In this document: positions 48,893 to 57,782 of the stretch, in pieces
Position numbering within the stretch: the first letter of the stretch is position 1
Layout of the letters: each line of letters starts with the position of its first letter
Assembly (NCBI GenBank): GCA_964402225.1
Contig: CAYOBQ010000002.1
Span: 27,594-91,593 of the forward strand
Reading direction: 5' to 3'
Source: an uncultured Nannocystaceae bacterium
GTDB lineage: Bacteria > Myxococcota_A > Bradymonadia > UBA7976 > UBA1532
DNA: 64,000 nt
Translations under genes and position numbers: made by a program
Notes under the pieces: model-generated
The model's input: only the letters and a program-made list of their open reading frames with translations
Databases searched by the model: none
What the model was told of the DNA's origin: nothing

Positions 48893-50050
48893 CTACGCCG
48901 ACACCGCTTCCACGGCGCCCATCAAACTGTCGAGGACGCTCGCGGCGTCCTGGTTTCCCGTTCTCCGCAGGGCCACGCCGAGGGCGCCGAGCATCCCCCG
49001 GTTCTTGCTGTACTTCCGCGCGAAGGCGTCGAGCAGCGTGCGCGTCACGGGCTGGCCCTTCGCCTCGCCGACGAGCAGGCACATCATCCGCACGCGCGCC
49101 GTGGCGCCGCCGCTGAGTCCGCCCGGGAGCTCGACCTCGGGTAGCCGGTCGAGCAGATCGGGGGTGTCGAAGGCGACCAACTGCGCCGCCGGTAGCCCCA
49201 GCTCCGCGGCGAGGCGCCCCAAGAGCTTCGCCGCGGGGGGGCGTCGCCTCCCCCCCGACGCAGGCTTCGGCCCCGCCGCGTCGCGCATGGACTCGAGGGC
49301 CGCCATGCTCCGATCGAGCTGTTCGGGGTCGAGCCCCATCTCCGCCAGGGTCGCGGGATCGGCGCGGTTGGTGAGGTCGTTGAACATCGACTGAAACGCC
49401 AGCAGATCCGGGAGCTCGCCCGCGTCGAAGTCGTCCTGCTCCGCGAGGTGCTCCCCCATGGACCGAAGGCGCCGCGCCACGTCGACCTCGGTGGAGTCCG
49501 CCCCGCCGAGGATGCTGGCGATGGAGCGCAGCTCGTCGTAGTCGACGCCGCCGGACGCGGCCCCGTCCTTGCGATGCTTGAGGACCCACGCCAACAACGA
49601 GAGGCGCGCGCAGTCGAGGGCGTATTGCTCCGAGAGCGCCTCCCTCACCTGCCCCGCGAGCCGGATCAAGCGCGGGATGTCGACGGCGACGATGAAGGTG
49701 CGCGTGACGTCGAGCATCCGACCGAGCAGCGTTCGGAAGTCCTCGAGGGCTTCGGTGTCCTCCAGGCCGCCGGCCACGACGACCCCGGCGAGCTGGCGGA
49801 GCTGCAAGAAGTCGGCGCTGACGCGCGATCCGCCTTCGCGCTGGTGCACGTGTTGGAGGACCGCCTCGAACATGCGGACCAACCGCGCTTCCCCCGCGCG
49901 CCCCTCGGCGGCGCGACCCATGTGGGCCTCGACCGCCTTGTACAGCGAGCGCACGAAGTCGAGGGAGACGGCCTCGGAGTCCGCCAGCGCGAGATCGAGT
50001 TGGGCCTGGTCCCGGCGCGCGTAGAAGAGGAGGGCCTCCGCGATGGGCAT
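48893..50050 (-). CDS. hypothetical alpha-helical protein encoded in the chemosensory cluster
   Basis: 385-aa ORF with protein-like composition between cheY and a receiver-like gene. No motif recognised. Confidence 0.5.
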   Translation of the reverse strand: MPIAEALLFYARRDQAQLDLALADSEAVSLDFVRSLYKAVEAHMGRAAEGRAGEARLVRMFEAVLQHVHQREGGSRVSADFLQLRQLAGVVVAGGLEDTEALEDFRTLLGRMLDVTRTFIVAVDIPRLIRLAGQVREALSEQYALDCARLSLLAWVLKHRKDGAASGGVDYDELRSIASILGGADSTEVDVARRLRSMGEHLAEQDDFDAGELPDLLAFQSMFNDLTNRADPATLAEMGLDPEQLDRSMAALESMRDAAGPKPASGGRRRPPAAKLLGRLAAELGLPAAQLVAFDTPDLLDRLPEVELPGGLSGGATARVRMMCLLVGEAKGQPVTRTLLDAFARKYSKNRGMLGALGVALRRTGNQDAASVLDSLMGAVEAVSA

Positions 50051-50062
50051 CGAGACGGCGCC

Positions 50063-50656
50063 CTAGCACTGAACGTCGAGCACATCGACCACCGCCTCCA
50101 CCTGCTTCTCGAAGCGACCCGCGCCCTGGCGCGGGACGTTGGAGGCGAGCTCGAGCATGCGGCCGCGCCAGCGGGCGTCGTCCATCGCACCGGAGGCGCC
50201 GAGCAGACGAACGCTCGACGGCGTCTGCCGCGTGCGCCGGTAGGTGAGGACCTCGTTGATGAGATCATTGAGCCGCAGCGGCGCCGTCAGGAAGCCGTGG
50301 ACGCCCAGCCGAGAGGCGGACAGAGCGACCTCGCGGCTCCACTCGGGGGCGAAGCCCAGCACAATCGGCGGCTCGGGGACGTTGGCGCGCTTCATGAGCG
50401 CGAAGAACTCCGTCGGGTCGAAGTCCGGGTCCGGCCACGGCAGCAGCAACCCCGCGCACTGGCGAGAGGTGTCGGCGAGCAGGTCGAAGACGCCCACCGG
50501 ATCCCCCACGCCAGCCACCGCCATGTGACCCCCGGACTCGATGTGCTCGGTCCACGTCTGCAAGACCGAGAGGTCCGGCTGGAGGACGATCAACCGCGGG
50601 CGGCGCTCCAAGGAGGCGCGTCGGGCGGTCGCAGATCGGGCGGTCGAGGCTGGCAT
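50063..50656 (-). CDS. hypothetical protein with possible degenerate receiver-like domain
   Basis: RLIVLQPDLSVLQTWTEHIESGGHMAVAGVGDPVGVFDLLAD...LLLPWPDPDFD has a weak receiver-like pattern. Low confidence. Confidence 0.35.
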   Translation of the reverse strand: MPASTARSATARRASLERRPRLIVLQPDLSVLQTWTEHIESGGHMAVAGVGDPVGVFDLLADTSRQCAGLLLPWPDPDFDPTEFFALMKRANVPEPPIVLGFAPEWSREVALSASRLGVHGFLTAPLRLNDLINEVLTYRRTRQTPSSVRLLGASGAMDDARWRGRMLELASNVPRQGAGRFEKQVEAVVDVLDVQC

Positions 50657-50821
50657 CTAGCATGGAATCGTCCTCCGGGGCGCTGGAGTGTTGCCCGCGG
50701 TCAAGGGCGACCCGGGGTCCGCCCGACCCTCCCCGTCACGGTGCGCGCCGACGGGTCCGAATGAACGAGGGGAGAGCGAAGGAGCGTCGAAGATGTATCG
50801 AGCCGAAACAGGGCGGAGACG

Positions 50822-51322
50822 ATGAACGCCACCGCCAAGAAGCCCGTGATGCGGGCGGACTTCATCAACGCGTTGCTCAACGCGACGGTCTCCGTCGTGA
50901 GCATGATGGCCGAGATCGAGCCCAAGCCCGGGGCGCCCTACATCAAGAAGGACCGCGTCTCGCGCTCCGACGTGACGGGGATCATCGGCCTCGCCGGCGA
51001 CGACGGGCTGCGCGGCGCCTTCGCGATCGGCTTCGACCAGCCGTGCATCCTGCACGTCGTCTCCGAGATGCTCGGCGAGCAGTTCGACGAGCTCAACGAC
51101 GACATCCGCGACGCGGTTGGAGAGCTCACGAACATGGTCTCGGGCGCCGCCCGCGCGACCCTCGACGAGCTGAACATGTGCTTCGACATGGCGGTGCCCA
51201 CCGTCATCTGTGCCCGCGAGCACGAGGTCACGCTGGTGACCAAGGCGCCCATCATCGTGATCCCATTCACCACCGACCGCGGCGGCTTCTTCACCGAAGC
51301 CACGCTGTGGCAATCCACCTGA
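50822..51322 (+). CDS. cheX: chemotaxis phosphatase CheX
   Basis: FINALLNATVSVVSMMAEIEP...VTGIIGLAGD...DAVGELTNMVSGAARATL matches CheX. 12 nt upstream of cheY. Confidence 0.7.
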   Translation: MNATAKKPVMRADFINALLNATVSVVSMMAEIEPKPGAPYIKKDRVSRSDVTGIIGLAGDDGLRGAFAIGFDQPCILHVVSEMLGEQFDELNDDIRDAVGELTNMVSGAARATLDELNMCFDMAVPTVICAREHEVTLVTKAPIIVIPFTTDRGGFFTEATLWQST

Positions 51323-51334
51323 AGGAGGCGAGTC

Positions 51335-51727
51335 ATGATCGACCTCAGTGAGAAGATCCTGGTCGTCGACGACTTCTCGACGATGCGACGCATCGTAAAG
51401 ACGACCCTCAAGCAGATCGGCTACGAGCAGATCCTGGAGGCCGAGTCCGGCGACGAGGCCCAAGCGCTGCTCAAGGAGGAGGGGCCCTTCGGGCTCGTCG
51501 TCTGCGACTGGAACATGCCCGGCATGAGCGGGTTGGACCTGCTGCGCTGGGTACGCCAGACCGACCGGCTACGGGGGCTCCCGTTCCTCATGGTCACCGC
51601 CGAGGCGAAGCGCGAGAACATCCTGGAGGCGATCCAGGCCGGGGTGACGAACTACGTCGTCAAGCCGTTCAACAAGCAGAAGCTCGCCGAGAAGATCCAG
51701 GCCATCGCGCAGCCGGAAGCGGCCTGA
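51335..51727 (+). CDS. cheY: chemotaxis response regulator CheY
   Basis: [36 protein letters not shown]...[21 protein letters not shown]...[29 protein letters not shown] is near-canonical CheY. Confidence 0.85.
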   Translation: MIDLSEKILVVDDFSTMRRIVKTTLKQIGYEQILEAESGDEAQALLKEEGPFGLVVCDWNMPGMSGLDLLRWVRQTDRLRGLPFLMVTAEAKRENILEAIQAGVTNYVVKPFNKQKLAEKIQAIAQPEAA

Positions 51728-51735
51728 GCGGCGCC

Positions 51736-53202
51736 ATGCATACGTTGACCGACAGACTGTCGATTCGGGGTCGCATCTTCCTCGCGTGTGGCGTGCTGGT
51801 GGCGCTGATGGCGATCGTGACGGTGTCGTGGTTCCCGGCGCGTGAGGCGGCGGTGGTCAACGAGGCGCTCTCGCAGAAGGCGGAGTCGCTGGCGCGGGTG
51901 ATCACGACGGCGGGCGCGTCGGTGGTCGCGGCCGGCGACGAGGCGGGGGCGTCGATGATGCTCCAGGGGCTCGCCAGCGATGGGGACTTCGCGGCGGCCG
52001 TCGTCCACGGCGCGAAGGGCGAGGTGCTCGCGCGGCGTGGCCGCGCGGACGCCTTGAAGGAGGGGAGCGACGCCCACCGGACATCGCTCACCATCCGCCA
52101 CGAAGGTCGGGAGGTCGGCCAGATCATGGTCGCGCTGTCCACCGAGGCCGCCGCCGCGGGGGCCGCCGAGGCGAGGAGCGCGGGGCTGCTGTCCGGCTTC
52201 ATCCTGCTCGTCGTGGGGCTCCTTCTCGCCGCCTGGGCGGGGCAAGCGACGAGCTCGAAGCTGCGCGGCCGAGTGACAGAGCTCACCGAGGTCGCCACGG
52301 CCCTCGCGCAGGGTGACTTCACTCGGCGCGTGTCGGCGGGCCACGACGAGTTCGGGGTCGCCGGCGAGGCGATAAACGCGGTGTCTGCGGCCTTCGCCGA
52401 GGCCCTGCGCAACGTGGCCGAGAGCGCCCGGGAGCTGCGCGCCACCGCGGTGTCCCTCGACGGGGTCAGCGGGGACATGGCGGACCGCGCCGACAGCGCC
52501 GTGGGGCGCGCGGTGGAGGTCTCCCAGGCCGCCGAGGACAACAGCGCCCGGGCCAGCGCCGCGGCGACGGCGGTGCAGCAAATGGGCCAGAGCATCCGCG
52601 AGATCGCACGAAACACGACGGACGCGGTCCGCGTGGTCGACGAGGCGGTGGCGGTGACTACCCACGCCTCCGAGCGTATCCAGCAGCTCGGGACCAGCAG
52701 CACCGACGTGGGCAACGTCAGCGCGCTCATCACCGACATCGCGGCGCAGACCAACTTGCTCGCGCTCAACGCCTCCATCGAAGCGGCGCGCGCGGGCGAG
52801 GCCGGACGAGGGTTCGCGGTGGTGGCCAACGAGGTGAAGGAGCTGGCCAACGCCACCGGGCGCGCGGCCGGCGAGATCGGCTCCTTGATCGAGGCCATCC
52901 AGCGCGACGCGGGCCTCGCCGTGGATGCGATCGACGGGATCTGCAAGATCATGGACTCGGTCAACAACTACCAGCAGGGCATCGCGGTCTCGGTCGAGGA
53001 GCAGGAGCGAGTGACGCGTGACATCGGCGCCAACGTCTCCGACGCCGCCGACGCCAACCACGGCATCGCGGGTGGGATCACCAGCGTCGCCGAGGCCGCC
53101 CGCATGACGGCCACCAGCGCCGTCGAGGCCCAGGGCGCCGCGACCCGGCTCACCCAGCTCGCCGGGCAGATGGACGCCTTCGTCGGCCGCTTCCGCGCCT
53201 GA
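51736..53202 (+). CDS. methyl-accepting chemotaxis protein (TM-HAMP-MA)
   Basis: Two TM helices, HAMP, and the highly conserved signalling hairpin [34 protein letters not shown]. Confidence 0.85.
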   Translation: MHTLTDRLSIRGRIFLACGVLVALMAIVTVSWFPAREAAVVNEALSQKAESLARVITTAGASVVAAGDEAGASMMLQGLASDGDFAAAVVHGAKGEVLARRGRADALKEGSDAHRTSLTIRHEGREVGQIMVALSTEAAAAGAAEARSAGLLSGFILLVVGLLLAAWAGQATSSKLRGRVTELTEVATALAQGDFTRRVSAGHDEFGVAGEAINAVSAAFAEALRNVAESARELRATAVSLDGVSGDMADRADSAVGRAVEVSQAAEDNSARASAAATAVQQMGQSIREIARNTTDAVRVVDEAVAVTTHASERIQQLGTSSTDVGNVSALITDIAAQTNLLALNASIEAARAGEAGRGFAVVANEVKELANATGRAAGEIGSLIEAIQRDAGLAVDAIDGICKIMDSVNNYQQGIAVSVEEQERVTRDIGANVSDAADANHGIAGGITSVAEAARMTATSAVEAQGAATRLTQLAGQMDAFVGRFRA

Positions 53203-53280
53203 CTCCACTGTCCTACATGTAGGGAACTTGACCACCAGCGCTCAACGTCGCACGATGCTCGCGTACCCCCATGGCGCGAG

Positions 53281-53811
53281 ATGCCGGAAGGAAGCGACAT
53301 GCCACCTGGAAGCAACACCATCGAGCGACGTTCCCTGCGCAGCCGCCAGCCCGATCTGGCCACCCGTCACTACATGCTCAGCGTCACCCGCAAGCACCAG
53401 CCGAGGGCCATCGTCCTGGCTGATCTGAAGGGGCGGATGATCGCCGGCGTCGAGGGCCGCCCGTTCATGGAGACGGGCTTCCTCGCGACCCGCGCCGACG
53501 CCGGCCGCGGCGACGCGCTGGCCAAGGCAGCCCTGGACGACCTGCTGGTTCAGGCCCGCGCCGAGGCTGCGGCCCAGGACGCCGCCGACTTCGGCGAGAG
53601 TCCCAAGGGTCCGGGGCTACTCGATCGCGTTCGCGCCTGGTGGAGGACGCGGCACCGCGACTCGACCGACGCCCGCACCGCCCGCCGCGCCAACGAGCTC
53701 CACGTCCCCGGCGGCGAGTTCCTGTTGGTCGTCGAGGGCGACGCGGAGGTGGCCGACGCCGCCTTCGACGAGGCACGCGCCGGGCTGGAGCGCATCCTCC
53801 GCGCCGCCTGA
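53281..53811 (+). CDS. hypothetical protein, possibly roadblock/LC7 (MglB-like) fold
   Basis: AIVLADLKGRMIAGVEG resembles the roadblock core vvfLvDknGqliasaG. Downstream of the MCP. Low confidence; start uncertain. Confidence 0.35.
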   Translation: MPEGSDMPPGSNTIERRSLRSRQPDLATRHYMLSVTRKHQPRAIVLADLKGRMIAGVEGRPFMETGFLATRADAGRGDALAKAALDDLLVQARAEAAAQDAADFGESPKGPGLLDRVRAWWRTRHRDSTDARTARRANELHVPGGEFLLVVEGDAEVADAAFDEARAGLERILRAA

Positions 53812-53961
53812 TCGACCCACGGCGCGCCCACCCCCGGCGCCATCGGGGCGGATTTCGACGATTCTCGTCGTGGATTCACGGCAAGAAGCGTCCGCCTCGA
53901 GCGCATCCTGCGCGCGGCCCAAACGAGCTATGGTGCGCGGGCCTCTCTACGCGGAGCCCGT

Positions 53962-55761
53962 ATGCGCCACCCTCTGCTCCTCCTCTTCGCGTGCTTCTTC
54001 GCGTGCACCCGCCCCGGGCCGACGCCCGAGGCGCCGAGGCCCGCCGAGAGCAAGAAGCCCGCGGTCTCGCAGAACGCGCTGACGGACGCGGCGGGGACCG
54101 AGCTCGTCCCCCGCGAGGCGCTCTTCGTCGCCACCACGGGGCCCATCGGGCGAACGCTCGAGCGGCTCGGCTACGGGGCCTTCACCAAGGCCCTGGGCGC
54201 CATCTATCTCGAGGCCGCCGCCGAGATCACCCGTGACGTCGGGCGGAACCTCCTCGATCCGAAGGCCTGGGGCGAGATGGGGGTGGATCTGGATGGCCCG
54301 CTGGGCTTCGCGTGGCTGGACGCCCCCGGCGAGACGGCGATGTTCTTCGCCACGCTCCGCGACGCGAAGGCCTTCGAGGCGGCGGTGATCGCCATGGGGG
54401 CGCGCGCGAAGGACGTGTTCGTGCGAGCCCCCCACGGCGAGGCGCTCATGCTGCACCCCAAGAGCACGCGCGAGGTCAACTTCGTGATCCGGGGTCGACG
54501 CGTGGCCTTCGTCTTCTCCGATGACGGCGCCGAGACGGGGCTGCGGTGGGCAAACCGGATCGCGACGTTGAAGCCCACCGAGTCGATGGGGGCCGACGCG
54601 AAGGTAAAGGCCGAGCTGGCGGCCGTGGGTGGGGGCGTCGACCTCGGGGCGATCCTCAACACCCGCGCGCTGGTCGACGCCATCGTGGCCGACATCTCCC
54701 GGGACCGCTCGGCGGAGTGGGACCAGCGACGCCTGGAGCGGGCTCGCGAGCAGGGCGACCAAGCCGCCATCGCCGCCGCCGAGGCGCGCATCCGCGAGCG
54801 TCGGCTTCGCGATCCGTTGGCCCCCGCCAAGCACAAGGCGAAGGGGGTCTTGGTGCGGGGCTTCCTGGCGGGGATCGGCGACCTCGCCCTCGGGCTCGAC
54901 GTCGAGGGCCCGACGCTGCGCCTCCGCGCCCGGCTACCGCTCACCGCCGAGTCCCTGCCGCGGGCGGTCTTCTCCGGCGGAGAGGGGGCGCTGCGCCTCC
55001 CCCTGGCCTACAGCGCGCGGCCGACGCTCTTGAGCACCGGTCGAGTGAACGTGAAGGCGGCCATCGAGCGCCTCCGAGCCATCGTCACCGCCGCCGGAGA
55101 CGGCGACGACCTGGAGGAGCTCGACCGGACGGCGCGCGAGGTGCTGGGCGCGGGGCTCGCCGATTTGCCGACCGTCCTCACGGGAGAGCTGGGCGCGGCG
55201 GTCACGCTCACGCCGGTCGAGAGCCGTCGCTTCCTCGGCTTCTTCGAGGGCGTCCGGGGGGCCGGCGCGCTGGGCCTGAAGGACACGAAGCGCGCCCGGG
55301 AGGCGCTCGGCAAGGGCGCCGCTCGCGCCGGCGTTCCCCTCGATCCCAGCGGTCGACTCCAGGTGCCCATCGGCCGCGGACACGTACTCACGGCCGGGGT
55401 CACGGGGGACTACCTCGCCGCCGCGAGCGACGAGTCGGTCTACGCTCGAATCGGCACCGGGGACGCGAGCGCCTCCTTCGTCAATGGCCTGAAGAACGCC
55501 GCGTTGAAGGCGCTCTTCTCCCGCCCGGACCCGGCCCAACTCTGGGCCTTCGATCCGGGGATCGTCGCCGTCTTCGGCGCCGGCAAGAAGCACCAGGTCG
55601 AGGCCGTCGCCCTCCAGAAGGCGAGCGGCCTCACGGCGGCGCGCGTCGACCTCGACGGGAAGGCGCTGCGCATCGACGGCGGTCAGTTCTGCGGAGCGGC
55701 CAGCGTCCCCGACGCCTTCGCGGCCCTCGGTCGCTTCATCTCCGCTGTCGAGCGTTGGTAG
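53962..55761 (+). CDS. hypothetical lipoprotein (599 aa)
   Basis: Lipobox LLLFACFFACT. No catalytic motif recognised. Confidence 0.55.
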   Translation: MRHPLLLLFACFFACTRPGPTPEAPRPAESKKPAVSQNALTDAAGTELVPREALFVATTGPIGRTLERLGYGAFTKALGAIYLEAAAEITRDVGRNLLDPKAWGEMGVDLDGPLGFAWLDAPGETAMFFATLRDAKAFEAAVIAMGARAKDVFVRAPHGEALMLHPKSTREVNFVIRGRRVAFVFSDDGAETGLRWANRIATLKPTESMGADAKVKAELAAVGGGVDLGAILNTRALVDAIVADISRDRSAEWDQRRLERAREQGDQAAIAAAEARIRERRLRDPLAPAKHKAKGVLVRGFLAGIGDLALGLDVEGPTLRLRARLPLTAESLPRAVFSGGEGALRLPLAYSARPTLLSTGRVNVKAAIERLRAIVTAAGDGDDLEELDRTAREVLGAGLADLPTVLTGELGAAVTLTPVESRRFLGFFEGVRGAGALGLKDTKRAREALGKGAARAGVPLDPSGRLQVPIGRGHVLTAGVTGDYLAAASDESVYARIGTGDASASFVNGLKNAALKALFSRPDPAQLWAFDPGIVAVFGAGKKHQVEAVALQKASGLTAARVDLDGKALRIDGGQFCGAASVPDAFAALGRFISAVERW

Positions 55762-55763
55762 CC

Positions 55764-56531
55764 ATGCTCGAAGACGGCGATCCGGTGGTGCTGGTCGACC
55801 GCAAGCACCGCATCCACCACGGCACCCTGCGCGCCGGGGGGACCACCAACGTGCGCGGCGATCTGGTCACCAACGATGACGCGATCGGCGCCGCCGACGG
55901 CTGCAAGGTGCGCTCACGCAAGGGGCGGCCGTTCCGGGTCTTCCGGGCGACCCTGGCCCAGCACGCGCTGCACATGACGCGGCACGCCCAGATCGTCTAT
56001 CCCAAGGACATCGCGATGATCGTGAGTTGGGGCGATGTCTCCCCCGGCGCCACGGTGGTCGAGGGTGGCTTCGGCTCCGGCGCGCTGACGATGGGGCTCC
56101 TCCGCGCCGTCGGCGAGCGGGGACGCGTGGTGACCTACGAGCTGCGCGAGGAGTCGATCAACCGGGCCCGCAAGAACGTCCGAGCCCTGCTGGGCGACAC
56201 GCCCCAGCACGAGGTCCGCCACGGCGACATCTACGACGGCATCGACCTCAGGGACATCGACCACGTGGTTCTCGACGTCCCCGAGCCGTGGGAGGTGGTA
56301 CCCCACGCTGTCACCGCGCTGCGCTCCGGCGGGATGTTCATCAGCTATGTGCCCACCGTCCTACAGCTCCAGCGTGTCGTCGCCGCGCTGGAGGCCGCCG
56401 CCAGCTTCGACTGCATCGAGTGCACCGAGACGCTGCTGCGCCACTGGCACGTGAGCGCGCGCAGCGTCCGGCCCAAGAGCCAGATGGTCGGACACACGGG
56501 CTTTCTGGTCTTCGCCCGCCGCGAGGCTTGA
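55764..56531 (+). CDS. trmI: tRNA (adenine-N1)-methyltransferase TrmI/Gcd14 family
   Basis: IVYPKDIAMIVSWGDVSPGATVVEGGFGSGALTMGLLRAVGERGRVVTYELREE...HVVLDVPEPWEVV matches TrmI (SAM motif I VxExGxGSG and the DxPxPW motif). Confidence 0.8.
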   Translation: MLEDGDPVVLVDRKHRIHHGTLRAGGTTNVRGDLVTNDDAIGAADGCKVRSRKGRPFRVFRATLAQHALHMTRHAQIVYPKDIAMIVSWGDVSPGATVVEGGFGSGALTMGLLRAVGERGRVVTYELREESINRARKNVRALLGDTPQHEVRHGDIYDGIDLRDIDHVVLDVPEPWEVVPHAVTALRSGGMFISYVPTVLQLQRVVAALEAAASFDCIECTETLLRHWHVSARSVRPKSQMVGHTGFLVFARREA

Positions 56532-56543
56532 CCGAGCAGGGGT

Positions 56544-57746
56544 CTAATACTCGGGCGGCGTCCACTCGGCGACGAGCTGCTCGATGTCGGCGGCGGGGCG
56601 CGCGCGGGAGAAGAGCCAGCCCTGACCGTAGTCCACGCCGAGCTCTCGGAGCACGTGCGCCTGGGGCGCCTCCTCGATGCCCTCAGCGACGATCCGCATC
56701 GATAGCCCCTTCGCCAGGCCGACGATGGAGCGCACCAGCGACCGGTTCGACTCGTCGTCGAACATCGCGCGCACGAAGCTCTGGTCGATCTTCAGCGTGT
56801 CGGCGGGCAGCGAGTGCAGATAGCTCAAGCTCGAGTAGCCGGTCCCGAAGTCGTCGATGGCGATGCTCGCGCCGCGATCGCGGAGCGCCGCCAGGATCTT
56901 GCGCGCCGTGTCCGGGGAGTGCATCAGCAGCGACTCCGTGATCTCCAGCTTCACGCGAGGCGGTGGGATGCCGACCTCACGGAGGGTCTCCTCGATGTTC
57001 TCGACGAAGCCCGGCGACGCGAAGTCCTTCCCGGAGAAGTTGACGCTCATGAAGGTGTCGTCGCCGAAGCGCCGGAGCTGCTCGCACGCCGTCCGAAAGG
57101 CCCAGCGGGTCATCATCACGATGAGCCCGCAGCGCTCGGCGGCGGGGATGAACGCCCCCGGCGGGACCAATCCCCGCTCGGGGTGACGCCAACGGATCAA
57201 CGCCTCGAACCCCGCGATATGCCCTTCGCGAAGGTCGATGAGCGGCTGGTACCACAGCTCGAACTGCTCCTCCTCGATCGCCGTTTGGAGCTCCTGCTCG
57301 AGCCGGATGGCGCTCAGCGCCTCCTTGCGGGCGCTCTCGCTGACTTGTTGCGTCCCGCTCTCCATCTCGGCGTCGCTCGTCAACCGACGCAGCGTGCTGC
57401 GCAGGTGGTCGAGGACCACGTTGATACACATCCGCAGGATCGGATCGGTCCGGGCGATGCGCTGGTTGAGCTGGTCCCGGGTGATCATCAACAGCGTGCA
57501 GTCCGCGACGGCCCGCGCGCTCGCCGAGCGCGGCTTGTCGTCGATGATCGCCATCTCACCGAAGAGCTCGCCGGGCACGCGCGTGGCCAGCTTGAGGTGC
57601 TGGTCGCCGTCGGCGACCGTGATGTCGACCTCGCCGGCCTCCACGATGTACGCGCAGTCCCCCGGATCACCCTCCGAGAAGACCAGCGCGCCTGCCGGAA
57701 ACCGCCGCCTGAACTCCATCACCGCCTCCAGGGGATTCACGAGCAC
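56544..57746 (-). CDS. cyclic-nucleotide-binding domain fused to EAL domain (putative c-di-GMP phosphodiesterase)
   Basis: cNMP-binding FSEGDPGDCAYIVEAGEVDI...GELFGEMAII...RSASARA (FGE...RSA). EAL hallmarks FEALIRW, EITES, DDFGTGYSSLSYL, KIDQSF. Confidence 0.8.
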   Translation of the reverse strand: MLVNPLEAVMEFRRRFPAGALVFSEGDPGDCAYIVEAGEVDITVADGDQHLKLATRVPGELFGEMAIIDDKPRSASARAVADCTLLMITRDQLNQRIARTDPILRMCINVVLDHLRSTLRRLTSDAEMESGTQQVSESARKEALSAIRLEQELQTAIEEEQFELWYQPLIDLREGHIAGFEALIRWRHPERGLVPPGAFIPAAERCGLIVMMTRWAFRTACEQLRRFGDDTFMSVNFSGKDFASPGFVENIEETLREVGIPPPRVKLEITESLLMHSPDTARKILAALRDRGASIAIDDFGTGYSSLSYLHSLPADTLKIDQSFVRAMFDDESNRSLVRSIVGLAKGLSMRIVAEGIEEAPQAHVLRELGVDYGQGWLFSRARPAADIEQLVAEWTPPEY

Positions 57747-57782
57747 CGCGCATCCTACCCCGCCCCGCCGGACGGGCGCACC

